Under the pieces are notes generated by a model. That model saw only the letters and a list, made by a program, of their open reading frames with translations. It made no database searches and had not been told where the DNA came from. A DNA stretch of 64,000 nt from Dehalococcoidia bacterium (GTDB lineage Bacteria > Chloroflexota > Dehalococcoidia > UBA2979), in the NCBI GenBank assembly GCA_964291495.2, contig OZ219871.1:384001-448000 (forward strand), in the 5' to 3' direction. The translations under genes were made by a program, and so were the position numbers. Position 1 is the stretch's first letter; the number at the start of each line of letters is the position of its first letter. Shown here in pieces: positions 1 to 9,868 of the stretch.

Positions 1-245
1 CGCACGGCTATCCGCACGTCGGCCGCGTCGCCGTCCTCGCCGAGCTGCGCGGGCGACACTACGGCGAGCAGATCATGGAGGCGCTGCACGAGGAAGCGCG
101 CCGCCGCGGTCACGCCGGCATCACGCTCGCCGCGCAGGAGCACGCGCTGCCCTTCTACGAACGCCTCGGCTATGTCGCGCGCGGCGGGCTGTTCCTCGAC
201 GCCGGCATCGAGCACCGCTGGATGGACCTGGCGTTCGAGAGCTGA
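1..245 (+). CDS. GNAT N-acetyltransferase (ElaA/YjcF-like), 5'-truncated by window edge
   Basis: Manual translation from position 3: ...HVGRVAVLAELRGRHYG...LAAQEHALPFYERLGY...FLDAGIEHRWM..* (TGA 243-245). Not in ORF track. Confidence 0.85.
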   Translation, partial: HGYPHVGRVAVLAELRGRHYGEQIMEALHEEARRRGHAGITLAAQEHALPFYERLGYVARGGLFLDAGIEHRWMDLAFES

Positions 246-351
246 CGATGGGGCTGCGGACGTGTGCTGCACAGCTGGGTCTTGGTACTTGAATCCAAAG
301 GTTGCGATAATGACGCCGCATAGGACTGGCAACCAGGATGAGGGGGACGCT

Positions 352-1593
352 ATGAAGGGCTTCTGGCTTGGCGCGCCGGGGCGACTCTCGCTACTGTTCG
401 CACTGATCGCGCTGCTCACGCTGGGCGCGGCAGCGTGCGACGACGAGGGCGAGCAACTGAAGATCGGCTACCTGGCCGACTTCTCCGGCCCGCTCGCCGA
501 GTATGGGGCGGACATCGAGACCGGCGTACAGCTCGCGATCAAGCACATCAACGAGGGCGGCGGCGTCAACGGTCAGGACGTGGTCTACGTCACCGGCGAC
601 ACCCGCGTCGACCCGACCCAGTCCGTCGAGGAGGCTCGCCGCCTCGTGGACGTCGAGGGCGTGCACGCGATCGTCGGGCCGCTCGCGAGCACGGCGACGC
701 TCGCGGTGGCGGACAGCGTCACCGGACCGGGCGGCATCCCGCACATCTCGCCCTCGGCGACGTCGCCCGCGCTCACCGACGCCGACGACGACGGCTACCT
801 CTTCCGCACCACCGGGTCGGACGCGGTGCAGGGCGTGGTGCTCGCGAAGCTGGTGGAGAGCGAAGGCCACACCAACGTCGGCGTGATCTTCCGCGACGAC
901 GCCTGGGGCCAGGGCCTCTCCGAGGTCTTCACCGCGAACTACGGCGGCACGGCCACCCTCGCCTCGTACTCGGCGGACGGGCAGCCCAGCTACCTGGCGG
1001 AGCTGCAGCAGGCCGCGAGCGGCGGCGCCGAGGTGCTGGTTGCGATGGGCTTCGCGGAGACCGAAGTCTTCCTCCGCGAGTCGATCGAGAACGACATCTT
1101 CACGCGCTTCATCTTCACCGATGGCAACAAGAGCGAAGACCTGATCGAGCAGCTCGGCGCCGACGCCCTCGAGGGCGTCGTCGGCACGGCGCCCAGCAGC
1201 AACCCCGACAACGCCTCGACCAAGGCCTGGACCGCGGCCTACGTCGCCGAGTACGGGGCGGAGCCTTCTCTGCCATTCGTGCGCGAGGCCTATGACGCCG
1301 TGATCGCGATCGCCCTCGCCGCCGAGGCGGCGGGCTCGACCGACGGCGAGGCGATCCGCGACGAGCTCGCGCGCATCGCCGGACCTCCGGGCGCCACCTA
1401 CGTGGCGGATGCGGCGGGCATCAAGGCGGCGCTCGAGGCCGCAGCGGACGGTGACGACATCAACTACGAGGGCGCGGCGACCCCGATCGACTGGAACGCC
1501 GCGGGGGACGTCACCTCCGGCTTCATGGAGATCTACGGCTACCGTGGCGGCGAACTCGTGACGATCGAGATCCAGCCGTTCAGCCTCGAATAG
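352..1593 (+). CDS. Branched-chain amino acid-type ABC substrate-binding lipoprotein
   Basis: Signal peptide with lipobox (AAAC), LKIGYLADFSGPLA, SPSATSPAL, YLFRT; typical LivJ/LivK-like type I periplasmic binding protein. Confidence 0.9.
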   Translation: MKGFWLGAPGRLSLLFALIALLTLGAAACDDEGEQLKIGYLADFSGPLAEYGADIETGVQLAIKHINEGGGVNGQDVVYVTGDTRVDPTQSVEEARRLVDVEGVHAIVGPLASTATLAVADSVTGPGGIPHISPSATSPALTDADDDGYLFRTTGSDAVQGVVLAKLVESEGHTNVGVIFRDDAWGQGLSEVFTANYGGTATLASYSADGQPSYLAELQQAASGGAEVLVAMGFAETEVFLRESIENDIFTRFIFTDGNKSEDLIEQLGADALEGVVGTAPSSNPDNASTKAWTAAYVAEYGAEPSLPFVREAYDAVIAIALAAEAAGSTDGEAIRDELARIAGPPGATYVADAAGIKAALEAAADGDDINYEGAATPIDWNAAGDVTSGFMEIYGYRGGELVTIEIQPFSLE

Positions 1594-1622
1594 CCGGGGC
1601 AGCCCGGCAGCAGTAGCGAGCG

Positions 1623-1648
1623 AGCGGGCGGCCTCCGGGCCGCCCGCT
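1623..1648. terminator. Hairpin between convergent genes
   Basis: AGCGGGCGGCC-TCCG-GGCCGCCCGCT perfect 11-bp stem. Confidence 0.6.
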
Positions 1649-1674
1649 TCAGGTCTGGAGCCGGGCGAACGGGG

Positions 1675-2781
1675 CTACCCACCCTCGCCGGGCTGGCCTC
1701 GGAGGCGCACCCGCAGCGCGCCGAGCCAGCCGCCGCTGCCTCCGCCGCCACTGCCCCCTCCGCCGTCGCCTCGCGGGGCGAAGCGGCTGACGCGCGGCTC
1801 CTCGGCGAGCAGCCCCTGCGGGCGGGCGAGGATGAAGCCCACGATCAGCAGGCCGATCGCGATCCGCCGCAGCATGAAGACGCGCGACCCGAGGAAGTCG
1901 GGCAGCTCCTCCTGGATGAGCGGCAGCCCGAACCAGACGAAGCCGACCACGAGCGCGCCGAGCATCACGCCGCGGTTGTTGCCGCTGCCGCCCACCATCA
2001 CCATCGTCCAGACGAGGAACGTTGTCAGGTTGTCGAAGGAGTCGGGCGCGATCGTGCCGATGCGGTGCGCCCAGATGGCGCCCGCGAGGCCCATCAGCGC
2101 ACCGCCGAGCACGAAGCTCTGGATGCGGTAGCTCGTCGTCATCTTGCCGACCGACTGCGTCGTCGCCTCGTTCTCCCGGATCGCGCGCAGGACGCGGCCC
2201 CAGGGCGAGGCGGTCGCGCCCCGCACCACGAGGAACACCACGAGCAGCGCCAGCCCGGTCATGATGAGCAGCACCAGGTCGTAGTCGATGTTCAGATCCC
2301 TCGACGCGCCCTCGAGCGGTCGGGGCACGCCGTTCAGGCCGCGCGCGCGGTTGACGAGGCCCTCCTGCGTGTTGGCGATGCTGCGGAGGATGGTGGCGAT
2401 GCCAATCGTGGCGATGGCGAGGAAGTCGTCGCGCAGGCGCAGCGTCGGGAGGCCGACCAGCAGCGCCAGGACGCCTCCGGCGAACATCCCGCCGATCCAG
2501 CCCACGGGGACGGGCAACTCGAGGCCGCCGACGTAGTTCTCGAACTGGCCGGGCGGGTCGAGCGTGAGCAGCGCGCTGACGTAGGCGCCGATGCCGAAGA
2601 AGGCGACGACGCCGAAGTTGATCGTGCCCGTGTAGCCCCACTGCACGTTCAGGGCGAGCGCGACGATGGCGAAGATGGCGGCCGTCGTGAGGAAGCCGAC
2701 CGTCCAGTTCACGCCTCCACCGACCGTGACCAGCAGCGGCAGTTCGCCCGCGAGCGGCGTCAGGGAGTCCAGTGGGAACAT
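1675..2781 (-). CDS. livM: Branched-chain amino acid ABC permease
   Basis: GYTGTINFG, LRLRDDFLAIAT, SPWGRVLRAIRENE; start overlaps livH stop (TGATG). Confidence 0.9.
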   Translation of the reverse strand: MFPLDSLTPLAGELPLLVTVGGGVNWTVGFLTTAAIFAIVALALNVQWGYTGTINFGVVAFFGIGAYVSALLTLDPPGQFENYVGGLELPVPVGWIGGMFAGGVLALLVGLPTLRLRDDFLAIATIGIATILRSIANTQEGLVNRARGLNGVPRPLEGASRDLNIDYDLVLLIMTGLALLVVFLVVRGATASPWGRVLRAIRENEATTQSVGKMTTSYRIQSFVLGGALMGLAGAIWAHRIGTIAPDSFDNLTTFLVWTMVMVGGSGNNRGVMLGALVVGFVWFGLPLIQEELPDFLGSRVFMLRRIAIGLLIVGFILARPQGLLAEEPRVSRFAPRGDGGGGSGGGGSGGWLGALRVRLRGQPGEGG

Positions 2782-3701
2782 CAGCCGGACCCCCCGATCG
2801 ACGAGCCGAAGAGCCCTCGCGGACGCACGATCAGCATCCCGATCAGCAGCACGAAGGGCACGGCGGGCTTGAAGCCGGTGTTGATCCACTCCGTCGAGAG
2901 CTCCTGCGAGACGCCGACGATCAGCCCGCCGACGAGCGCGCCCCAGGGGTTCCCGATGCCGCCGAGGATGACGGCCGCGAACATCGGCAGCAGCAGGAAC
3001 TCGAACCCGGCGTCGAAGCGCAGCTGCGATTGCAGGGCGAACATGACGCCGGCCACGGCGGTCAGCGCCGCGGCGATCACCCAGGTCGCCATCCGCACCC
3101 GCTCGGTGTCGATGCCGCTCGCTTCCGCCAGCGGCGCGTTATCCGCCGTCGCGCGCATCGCAGTGCCAAGGCGGGTGCGGTGCAGGAGCACGTAGAGCGC
3201 CACCGCGAGCGCCGGCATGAGCAGGATCATGAGCAACTGGTCCGCCTTCAACTTGAGCCCGCCGGCAAACGTCCACGCCTCGTGGATCTCGTTGTGGTAG
3301 CGCAGCGGCGTGGAGCCCCAGATCGCCTGCACGACGGCCTGCAGCGCAATGGCGACGCCGAGGGCGGCGATCTCGAGGTTGAGCAGGCCCGTCTGCCGCG
3401 CGCGCAGGCGCCGGTAGATCACCCGGTCGGCGCCCATCGAGACGGCCGCGACGCCCGCCCAGGCGAACAGCACCGCCGCGATCATCCCCCAGCCGAATGA
3501 GAACGGCCCGATGTGACCGCCCGCGATTCCGATGTCGACGTACACGAAGAACGCCAGGTACATCCCCAGCGTCATCAGGTCCGCGTGCGCGAAGTTCGCG
3601 AACTTGAAGACCCCGTAGACCAGCGTCAGCCCCATCGCTCCCAACCCGATAATCGAGCCGACCACGAGGCCGATCAGGACGAGCTGCAGGATCTCCGTCA
3701 T
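2781..3701 (-). CDS. livH: Branched-chain amino acid ABC permease
   Basis: GLTLVYGVFKFANFAH, TRLGTAMRATADN, ILGGIGNPWGA. Confidence 0.9.
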   Translation of the reverse strand: MTEILQLVLIGLVVGSIIGLGAMGLTLVYGVFKFANFAHADLMTLGMYLAFFVYVDIGIAGGHIGPFSFGWGMIAAVLFAWAGVAAVSMGADRVIYRRLRARQTGLLNLEIAALGVAIALQAVVQAIWGSTPLRYHNEIHEAWTFAGGLKLKADQLLMILLMPALAVALYVLLHRTRLGTAMRATADNAPLAEASGIDTERVRMATWVIAAALTAVAGVMFALQSQLRFDAGFEFLLLPMFAAVILGGIGNPWGALVGGLIVGVSQELSTEWINTGFKPAVPFVLLIGMLIVRPRGLFGSSIGGSG

Positions 3702-4432
3702 GCGCCGTTCTCGCCTTCGGCGCTGTCGAGGCCGAGGAACATGCGGCCGACCTCGGGGTTGGCGAGCATCTCCGGGCCCGGCTGCTCGTGCGCGTTGCGG
3801 CCGTCTACGAGGAGGTAGGCACGGTCCGAGATCGCGAGGGCCTCGCGGGCGTTCTGCTCGACCATCAGCAGCGCCACCCCGCCCTCGCGCACGGCTTGCA
3901 GGCGATCGAAGATCTCGCCGCGGCGCACGGGCGAGAGCGCGGCCGTCGGCTCGTCGAGCAGCAGCACCTTCGGGTCGAGCATCAGCGCCCGCGCGATCGC
4001 GAGCGCCTGGCGCTGCCCACCCGAGAGGTGCGAGGCGCGCGCGCCCGGGCGCTCCGCCAGCTCCGGGAAGAGCCTGAGTACCTCGGTGATGCGATCATCG
4101 ACATCGCCGCTGCGCTGGTAGCCGCCCATCGCGAGGTTCTCGCGGATCGTCAGCGACGGAAAGACGTTCTCCGTCTGCGGCACGAACGAGACGCCGAGGC
4201 GCACCATGTGCGAGGGCATCTCGTCGGTGACCTCGTTGCCCTCGAGGCGCACCTCCCCGTCGCTGACGGGGAGCAGCCCGAAAATCGCCTTGAGCAGCGT
4301 GGACTTGCCGGCGCCGTTCGGCCCGATGATCGTCACCAGCTCTCCGCGCTCGAGGCGCAGCGAGACGTCGTGCACGATCATGACGCTGCCGTAGCCGGCT
4401 CGGACGGCGTCGACCTCGAGCAGTGCGCTCAC
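3698..4432 (-). CDS. livF: ABC transporter ATP-binding protein
   Basis: GPNGAGKST, LSGGQRQ, LLLDEP, VEQNA; GTG start overlapping livG stop. Confidence 0.9.
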   Translation of the reverse strand: MSALLEVDAVRAGYGSVMIVHDVSLRLERGELVTIIGPNGAGKSTLLKAIFGLLPVSDGEVRLEGNEVTDEMPSHMVRLGVSFVPQTENVFPSLTIRENLAMGGYQRSGDVDDRITEVLRLFPELAERPGARASHLSGGQRQALAIARALMLDPKVLLLDEPTAALSPVRRGEIFDRLQAVREGGVALLMVEQNAREALAISDRAYLLVDGRNAHEQPGPEMLANPEVGRMFLGLDSAEGENGA

Positions 4433-5193
4433 AGCGCCTGCGCTCCCAGGTAGGCGGCCTGCACCTCGGCGTTCTCCAGCACGTCGTGCGGGTCGCCGGC
4501 GACGAGCACCGTGCCGTCGGCCATCGCGATCAGCCGCTCGGAGAGGCGCATCATCAGGTCCATATCGTGCGCGATCACGAGGAAGGTGATGCCGAAGCGA
4601 TCGCGCAGCGCGCGGATGCGCTCGATCAGGCGCAGCGTCAGGGTCGGGTTCACGCCCGCGCTCGGCTCGTCGAGCAGGATCATGCTGGGGCTCGACATCA
4701 GCGCGCGCGCCAGTTCCAGCAGCTTGCGCTGGCCGCCGGAGAGGTTCCCGGCCTGGTTCTGCGCCTCGTGGGCGAGGTCCACCTCGGCGAGCACCTCGTG
4801 CGCTCGCTCGGCGATTTCGCGCTCCTGCGCGGCGACACGCCAGGGCCGCAGCCAGCTCTCCTGGATGCGCTCGCCTGCCTGCTCCTCCGGAACCACCATC
4901 AGGTTCTCGAGGACGGTGAGGGCACCCAGCTCCTGCGGGATCTGGAAGGTACGGATCAGGCCGCGGCGGAACACCCGGTACGAGGGCAGGCCCGTGATGT
5001 TCTCGCCGCCGAAGCGCACGCTCCCGCCGTCCGGCCTGAGCGCACCTGCGATGCAGTTGAAGCAGGTGGTCTTGCCCGCGCCGTTGGGGCCGATCAGCCC
5101 GGTGATCGATCCGCGCTCGACCGCGAAGGTCGCGCCGTCGACGGCGACGTGGCCGCCGAAGCGCTTCATCAGGCCTGAGACTTCGAGCAGCAT
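4429..5193 (-). CDS. livG: ABC transporter ATP-binding protein
   Basis: KRFGG, GPNGAGKTT, RTFQ, LSGGQRK, ILLDEP, AYLG end. Confidence 0.9.
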   Translation of the reverse strand: MLLEVSGLMKRFGGHVAVDGATFAVERGSITGLIGPNGAGKTTCFNCIAGALRPDGGSVRFGGENITGLPSYRVFRRGLIRTFQIPQELGALTVLENLMVVPEEQAGERIQESWLRPWRVAAQEREIAERAHEVLAEVDLAHEAQNQAGNLSGGQRKLLELARALMSSPSMILLDEPSAGVNPTLTLRLIERIRALRDRFGITFLVIAHDMDLMMRLSERLIAMADGTVLVAGDPHDVLENAEVQAAYLGAQAL

Positions 5194-5307
5194 GTCCACG
5201 AGCGCCGTCCTCGAGTGCGATGCTAACGTGCCTCGCGAGGCGGCGACACATACCGGCGCGATGTGGCGAGTGAGGCAGCGGATGCGGCCGATCCTCAAGA
5301 CCCGGCG

Positions 5308-7455
5308 ATGAGCCGCGCGGGCGCCGCGCTGCGGCTGGTGCGCGCCGCGCCGAGGCCGTTCGTTTCGTGGCTGCTGCTTGTCGCGGGCGCGCTGTTGCTC
5401 TTCGCCGCGCTGTTCGCACTCTGGGCCGCCGACGCCCTTGTCGACAGCGACGGCTTCTCGGAGCGAGCGGTGCGCGCCCTCGATGACGAGGACGTGCAGC
5501 GGTTCGTCTCCAACTTCCTGGTCGAGGAGCTGATCGAGCAGGGCGAGCCCGGCCTGATCGCGGCTCGCCCGCTGATCGAGGCGGCGGTGCAGGCGGTGAT
5601 CGGCACCCCCGCCTTCGCGCAGCTCTACGAGACGGCGCTCCGCCAGACACACAGCGCGCTCTTCTCCGACGAACCGATCGTGCTCCAGCTCGTGGACGCC
5701 GCGATCGCCGTCGAGGTCACGGTGGCCCGCTTCAACCCGGATCTGGCCGCGGAGCTGCCCTCGCTCGACAGCGCCGTGATCGAGCTCGCCGACTCCGAGT
5801 ACGTCGACAGCGCGCTCGGCATCGCCCGCGCCATCCGCTTCCTGTCGGCGGTGCTGCCACTGCTCGCGCTCGCCGCCTTCGCGGGCTCGTGCGCGATCGC
5901 GCGAGGGCGGCGTCGCGCCCTCCTGCGCATCGGGCTCACCGTCGCGATCGTCGCCGCGCTGACGATCGTGGCGCTCGATGCCGGCAAGGCGGCGCTCGAG
6001 GAGCTCGCCGGTGGCGGCCTGCGCGGCGCGGCGGGGGCGGGCGTGTGGGACGCCTTCCTCGGCGACTTGCGCGCGTGGAGCTTCGCGCTCGGCGCGGGCG
6101 GGCTGGTGCTCGCCGCCGCCTCCAGCTCGCGCCTCGCCGGCCTCGACGCGGGCGAGACACTGCGGCGCGTGTGGCTGCTGGCGACCGCTCCGCAGTCGAA
6201 CGCCGGGCGGCTCGTCCGCGCCGTCGCGGCCGTCGTGCTTGGCTGGCTGGCGCTGTTCCGCACGGACGACCTCGTGACAGTCGTGGTCGCCGTCGCGGGC
6301 CTCGCCGCCCTCTACCTCGGGCTGATGGAGCTGATGCGCCTGCTCTGGAAGGAGCGCGCCGCCACCGCGAGCGATGTTGCACGGGTCGCCACAGCGCCCG
6401 AGCTGCGGTCGCAACTCTCCCCGGTCGTGCGGATCGCCGCGTTTGCCGCGCTCCTCGCCGGGGGCGCCGCTGGCGTCGCGCTGCTGCTCGCCGGCCTCGG
6501 TCTGCTCGGAGGCGACGACGGAGGCGACCGGGTGACGGTCTGCAATGGCCACGCCGCGCTCTGCACCCGCCCGCTCAACGAGGTCGCGTTCGCCGCCACG
6601 CACAACTCGATGTCGGCGGCCTCGGAGGAGGGTTGGCTCTTCGCCGCGCACCGCGACGGGATCGCCGAGCAGCTGGACGGCGGCGTTCGCGGGCTGCTGA
6701 TCGACGTCTGGTTCGGCTTCCGCTCCGTCACGGGCGTCGCCACGGAGCTGCTCGGCAAGGACCGCGCAGCGATGGTCGAGCTGTACGGCGCGGAGGTCGT
6801 CGAGGCGCGCGAGCGCATCGCCGCGGGGCTCGGACCGCTCGAGGATCGCGAGTTGTACCTCTGCCACGGCTTCTGCGAGGTGGGTGCGACGCCGCTGCGC
6901 GAGGCGCTGCAGGACATCCGCCGCTTCCTCGGGACCAACCCGGGCGAGGTCCTGATCGTCTTCATCCAGGACGAGGCGCCCGCCGAGGACATCGCCGCCG
7001 CCGTTGTCGAGGCCGGCCTCGAGCGCTACGCCTACGCGCATCCCGGGCGTGATGCGCCGTGGCCGACGCTCGGCGAGCTGGTCGACCGCAACGAGCGGCT
7101 GATCGTGATGACGGAGCACGCCGAGCGCGCGCCCGTCCCGTGGCTGCATCGCGGCTTCGAGCTGACGCAGGAGACACCGTTCGCCTTCCGCTCGGTCGAC
7201 GACCTCAGCTGCGCGCCCAACCGCGGCGCGGCGGACGCGCCGCTCTTCCTGGTCAACCACTGGATCGAGGACGTTGCCCCAACACCGAAGGACGCGGAGC
7301 TGCTCAACGCGCGCGAGGTGCTGCTGCCGCGGCTGCGCGAGTGCGCGGCGGAGCGCGGACTGACGCCGAACCTGGTGGCGGTGAACTTCTACCGCAGCGG
7401 CGACCTCTTCGCCGTCGTCGACGAGATCAACGGCGTTGGCGCGGCCGCCGAGTAG
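5308..7455 (+). CDS. Multi-pass membrane protein with C-terminal PI-PLC-like phosphodiesterase domain
   Basis: Many hydrophobic helices, then CNGHAALC..L..VAFAATHNS, QLDGGVRGLLID, LCHGFCE, FL..NPGEV, LFLVNHW, PNLVAVNFY. Confidence 0.75.
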   Translation: MSRAGAALRLVRAAPRPFVSWLLLVAGALLLFAALFALWAADALVDSDGFSERAVRALDDEDVQRFVSNFLVEELIEQGEPGLIAARPLIEAAVQAVIGTPAFAQLYETALRQTHSALFSDEPIVLQLVDAAIAVEVTVARFNPDLAAELPSLDSAVIELADSEYVDSALGIARAIRFLSAVLPLLALAAFAGSCAIARGRRRALLRIGLTVAIVAALTIVALDAGKAALEELAGGGLRGAAGAGVWDAFLGDLRAWSFALGAGGLVLAAASSSRLAGLDAGETLRRVWLLATAPQSNAGRLVRAVAAVVLGWLALFRTDDLVTVVVAVAGLAALYLGLMELMRLLWKERAATASDVARVATAPELRSQLSPVVRIAAFAALLAGGAAGVALLLAGLGLLGGDDGGDRVTVCNGHAALCTRPLNEVAFAATHNSMSAASEEGWLFAAHRDGIAEQLDGGVRGLLIDVWFGFRSVTGVATELLGKDRAAMVELYGAEVVEARERIAAGLGPLEDRELYLCHGFCEVGATPLREALQDIRRFLGTNPGEVLIVFIQDEAPAEDIAAAVVEAGLERYAYAHPGRDAPWPTLGELVDRNERLIVMTEHAERAPVPWLHRGFELTQETPFAFRSVDDLSCAPNRGAADAPLFLVNHWIEDVAPTPKDAELLNAREVLLPRLRECAAERGLTPNLVAVNFYRSGDLFAVVDEINGVGAAAE

Positions 7456-7519
7456 CCGAGCCGCGCGCGACGTGACAGATTGCGCGCGTCCACCCGCGCG
7501 CAACCGACGGACCGCCACC

Positions 7520-7942
7520 ATGACCAGCGAGCGAACGATCGAAGACCCCGAGATCGCCGAGTACCTGGACCGCCGCAGCGAGTGGGCCGTGCTCACCACC
7601 ATCGGCGTGGACGGCTACCCGCACAGCGTCGCCCTCGGCTACTACCGGATCGGCGACGTGCTCTACGTCGGCACCCCGGCGCACACGCGCAAGGTGCGCA
7701 ACGCCGAGGCGAACGGGCACGGCTCGCTGCTGGTCACGGGCTCGAAGGCGTCCGGCGACTGGAGCGGCGTGCTGGTGCAGGGCGACCTCGAGATCGTGCG
7801 CGACGATGCCGAGCGGCTCGCGATCGAGCGCGAGGGCCGCCGTCAGCGCGGCGTACCGGAGGAGGAGCTGCCGGACACGCCCCGCGAGGGCGAGGTGATC
7901 GTGCGGCTGCACCCGCGCCGCACGATCACCTGGAGCTACTGA
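7520..7942 (+). CDS. Pyridoxamine 5'-phosphate oxidase-like split-barrel protein (possibly F420-binding)
   Basis: LTTIGVDGYPH, RKVRN, VLVQG, ITWSY. Confidence 0.8.
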   Translation: MTSERTIEDPEIAEYLDRRSEWAVLTTIGVDGYPHSVALGYYRIGDVLYVGTPAHTRKVRNAEANGHGSLLVTGSKASGDWSGVLVQGDLEIVRDDAERLAIEREGRRQRGVPEEELPDTPREGEVIVRLHPRRTITWSY

Positions 7943-7965
7943 GCAGGACTCCGCGAGCGCGCTCG

Positions 7966-8277
7966 ATGACCTCGCCGCCCTCGCCGACGCCTTCCACGCC
8001 CGTGCGCGACCCCGCGCAGCACGAGCGCACGCTCGATGAAGCGCTGCCGCCCCACCGCGTGATCCTGCACAACGACGACGTGAACGAGATGGGGCACGTG
8101 GTGCGCGCGCTGCTCGCCTCGGTGCCGGAGCTTGATGTGCGCGGTGCGACGGAGATCATGCTGACGGCGCACCTCCAGGGCCGCGCCGAGGTGATCGCCT
8201 GCCCGCTCGAGCGCGCCGAGTTGTACCGCGACCGCCTCGAATCCCATGGCCTAACCGCGACAATCGAGCGGGTTTGA
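7966..8277 (+). CDS. clpS: ATP-dependent Clp protease adaptor ClpS (paralogue 1)
   Basis: HRVILHNDDVNEMGHV...IMLTAHLQGRAEV..CPLERAE...LTATIE. Confidence 0.85.
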   Translation: MTSPPSPTPSTPVRDPAQHERTLDEALPPHRVILHNDDVNEMGHVVRALLASVPELDVRGATEIMLTAHLQGRAEVIACPLERAELYRDRLESHGLTATIERV

Positions 8278-8350
8278 GGCGCTGCCCCCCGGCCAGCCAC
8301 GGGGCGGCCGTCCAGAGCACGCAGCCTACGGACTATAACGTTCGAGTAAG

Positions 8351-8379
8351 TTACAAATACGATGCAAACGAGGTACAAT
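8351..8379 (+). promoter_or_regulatory. sigma70-type promoter in AT-rich patch
   Basis: TTACAA-N17-TACAAT. Confidence 0.55.
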
Positions 8380-8385
8380 ATACCA

Positions 8386-8552
8386 GGTATCACTACTGCG
8401 ACGAATGAGGAGCTGTGAAGTGCAGTTCACCACCGACTCCGGACAGAGGGTGGACACCTCCCCGGAGCCCTAGCACGCCCCCCAAAACCCCGTCGCCAGT
8501 CGGCGGGGCTGAGGAAGGAGGCCGTCGCGAGACGCCAGCGGCGGCCTCCCCT
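8386..8552 (+). ncRNA. Candidate structured small RNA / small-peptide transcript
   Basis: Four successive hairpins downstream of the promoter; the next gene appears to have its own leaderless promoter. Confidence 0.35.
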
Positions 8553-8629
8553 CTACCCGGAACTCCTCTGCTCCCCGCCTTCCGAGCTTGCATGAGACGC
8601 GGTCGCGCGGAACGTCGTAGGCTAGGCGC

Positions 8630-9865
8630 ATGCGCAGCCTGACCACCGCCTTGCTCCTCCTGCTGCTCGCCTCGGGCGCCCTGATCGCCTCGTCCTGCGA
8701 CGGCGCTGGCGAGGAGGACGAGCAACTGCGAGTCGGCTACCTCGCCGATCGTTCCGGCTCCCTCGCGGAGCTCGGCGACGTGGTCAGCGTCGGCGTCGAG
8801 CTCGCCGTGCAGCACATCAACGAGGCCGGCGGCGTCAACGGCCGCGACGTCTTGCTCTTCAGCGGCGACACCAAGGTGAACCCAACCCAGGGTGTCGAGG
8901 AGGCGCGCCGCCTCGTGGACGTGGAAGGCGTGCAGGCGATCGTCGGCGCGATCTCGAGCACGGTCACGCTCGCGGTGACGGAGAGTGTGATCGGGCCCTC
9001 GGGCGTCGTCATGATCACGCCGTCCGCCTCCTCCCCGGCGCTTTCGACATCGAACGACCGCGACTTCCTCTTCCGCAGCGCCCCCTCCGATGTCGCGAAG
9101 GGCGTGATCCTCGCGGCGCTCGCGCGCGAGGAGGGGCTCGACAACGTCGGCCTGCTCTACCGCGACGACGCCTACGGGCAGGGGCTGGCCGAGGTCTTCA
9201 CGCAGCACTTCGGCGGCACCGTGTCCGCCGCCTCCTACTCGGCGCTCGGCCAGCCCTCGTACGTGGCCGAGCTGCAGCAGGCGGCGAGCGGCGGGGCGGA
9301 CCTGCTGGTGGTCGTCGCCTTCCCGGGCGAAGCCGAGGTGTTCCTGCGCGAGTCGATCGAGAACGACATCTTCACGAAGTTCGTCTTCGCGGACGCGACG
9401 CGCAGCGAGGACCTCGCAGCCAAGATCGGCCCGGAGCACCTCGACGGCTCGAAGGGCACAGCGCCCGGCAGCGGACCCGACGAGCCCTCAACGGCGGCCT
9501 GGAACCGCGCGTACGTCGTGCAGTTTGGCGAGGAACCGGCCCGCGCCTACGTGCGCGAGGGCTACGACGCCGTGATCGCCATCGCGCTCGCCGCCGAGGC
9601 CGCCGGCTCCACCGACAGCGCCGCGATCCGCGACCAGCTGCGCAACGTCGTGCAGCCCCCCGGCCGCACCGTGATCGCCGGGCCCGAGGGCGTCGCGGCA
9701 GCCCTCGAGGCCGTACGCAACGGCGAAGAGATCGACTATGACGGCGCGGCCTCGCCGCTCGACTGGAACGCCACGGGCGACCTCGTAACCGGCTTCGTCG
9801 AGATCTGGGAGTACCGCAACGGCAAGATCGTTCCGCTCGAGTCGCGTTCGTTCGACCTCCGCTAG
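8630..9865 (+). CDS. Branched-chain amino acid-type ABC substrate-binding lipoprotein (paralogue of 352-1593)
   Basis: Lipobox ASSC; shares blocks EEARRLVDVEGV, FLRESIENDIFT, YDAVIAIALAAEAAGSTD with the first copy. Confidence 0.9.
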   Translation: MRSLTTALLLLLLASGALIASSCDGAGEEDEQLRVGYLADRSGSLAELGDVVSVGVELAVQHINEAGGVNGRDVLLFSGDTKVNPTQGVEEARRLVDVEGVQAIVGAISSTVTLAVTESVIGPSGVVMITPSASSPALSTSNDRDFLFRSAPSDVAKGVILAALAREEGLDNVGLLYRDDAYGQGLAEVFTQHFGGTVSAASYSALGQPSYVAELQQAASGGADLLVVVAFPGEAEVFLRESIENDIFTKFVFADATRSEDLAAKIGPEHLDGSKGTAPGSGPDEPSTAAWNRAYVVQFGEEPARAYVREGYDAVIAIALAAEAAGSTDSAAIRDQLRNVVQPPGRTVIAGPEGVAAALEAVRNGEEIDYDGAASPLDWNATGDLVTGFVEIWEYRNGKIVPLESRSFDLR

Positions 9866-9868
9866 CCC

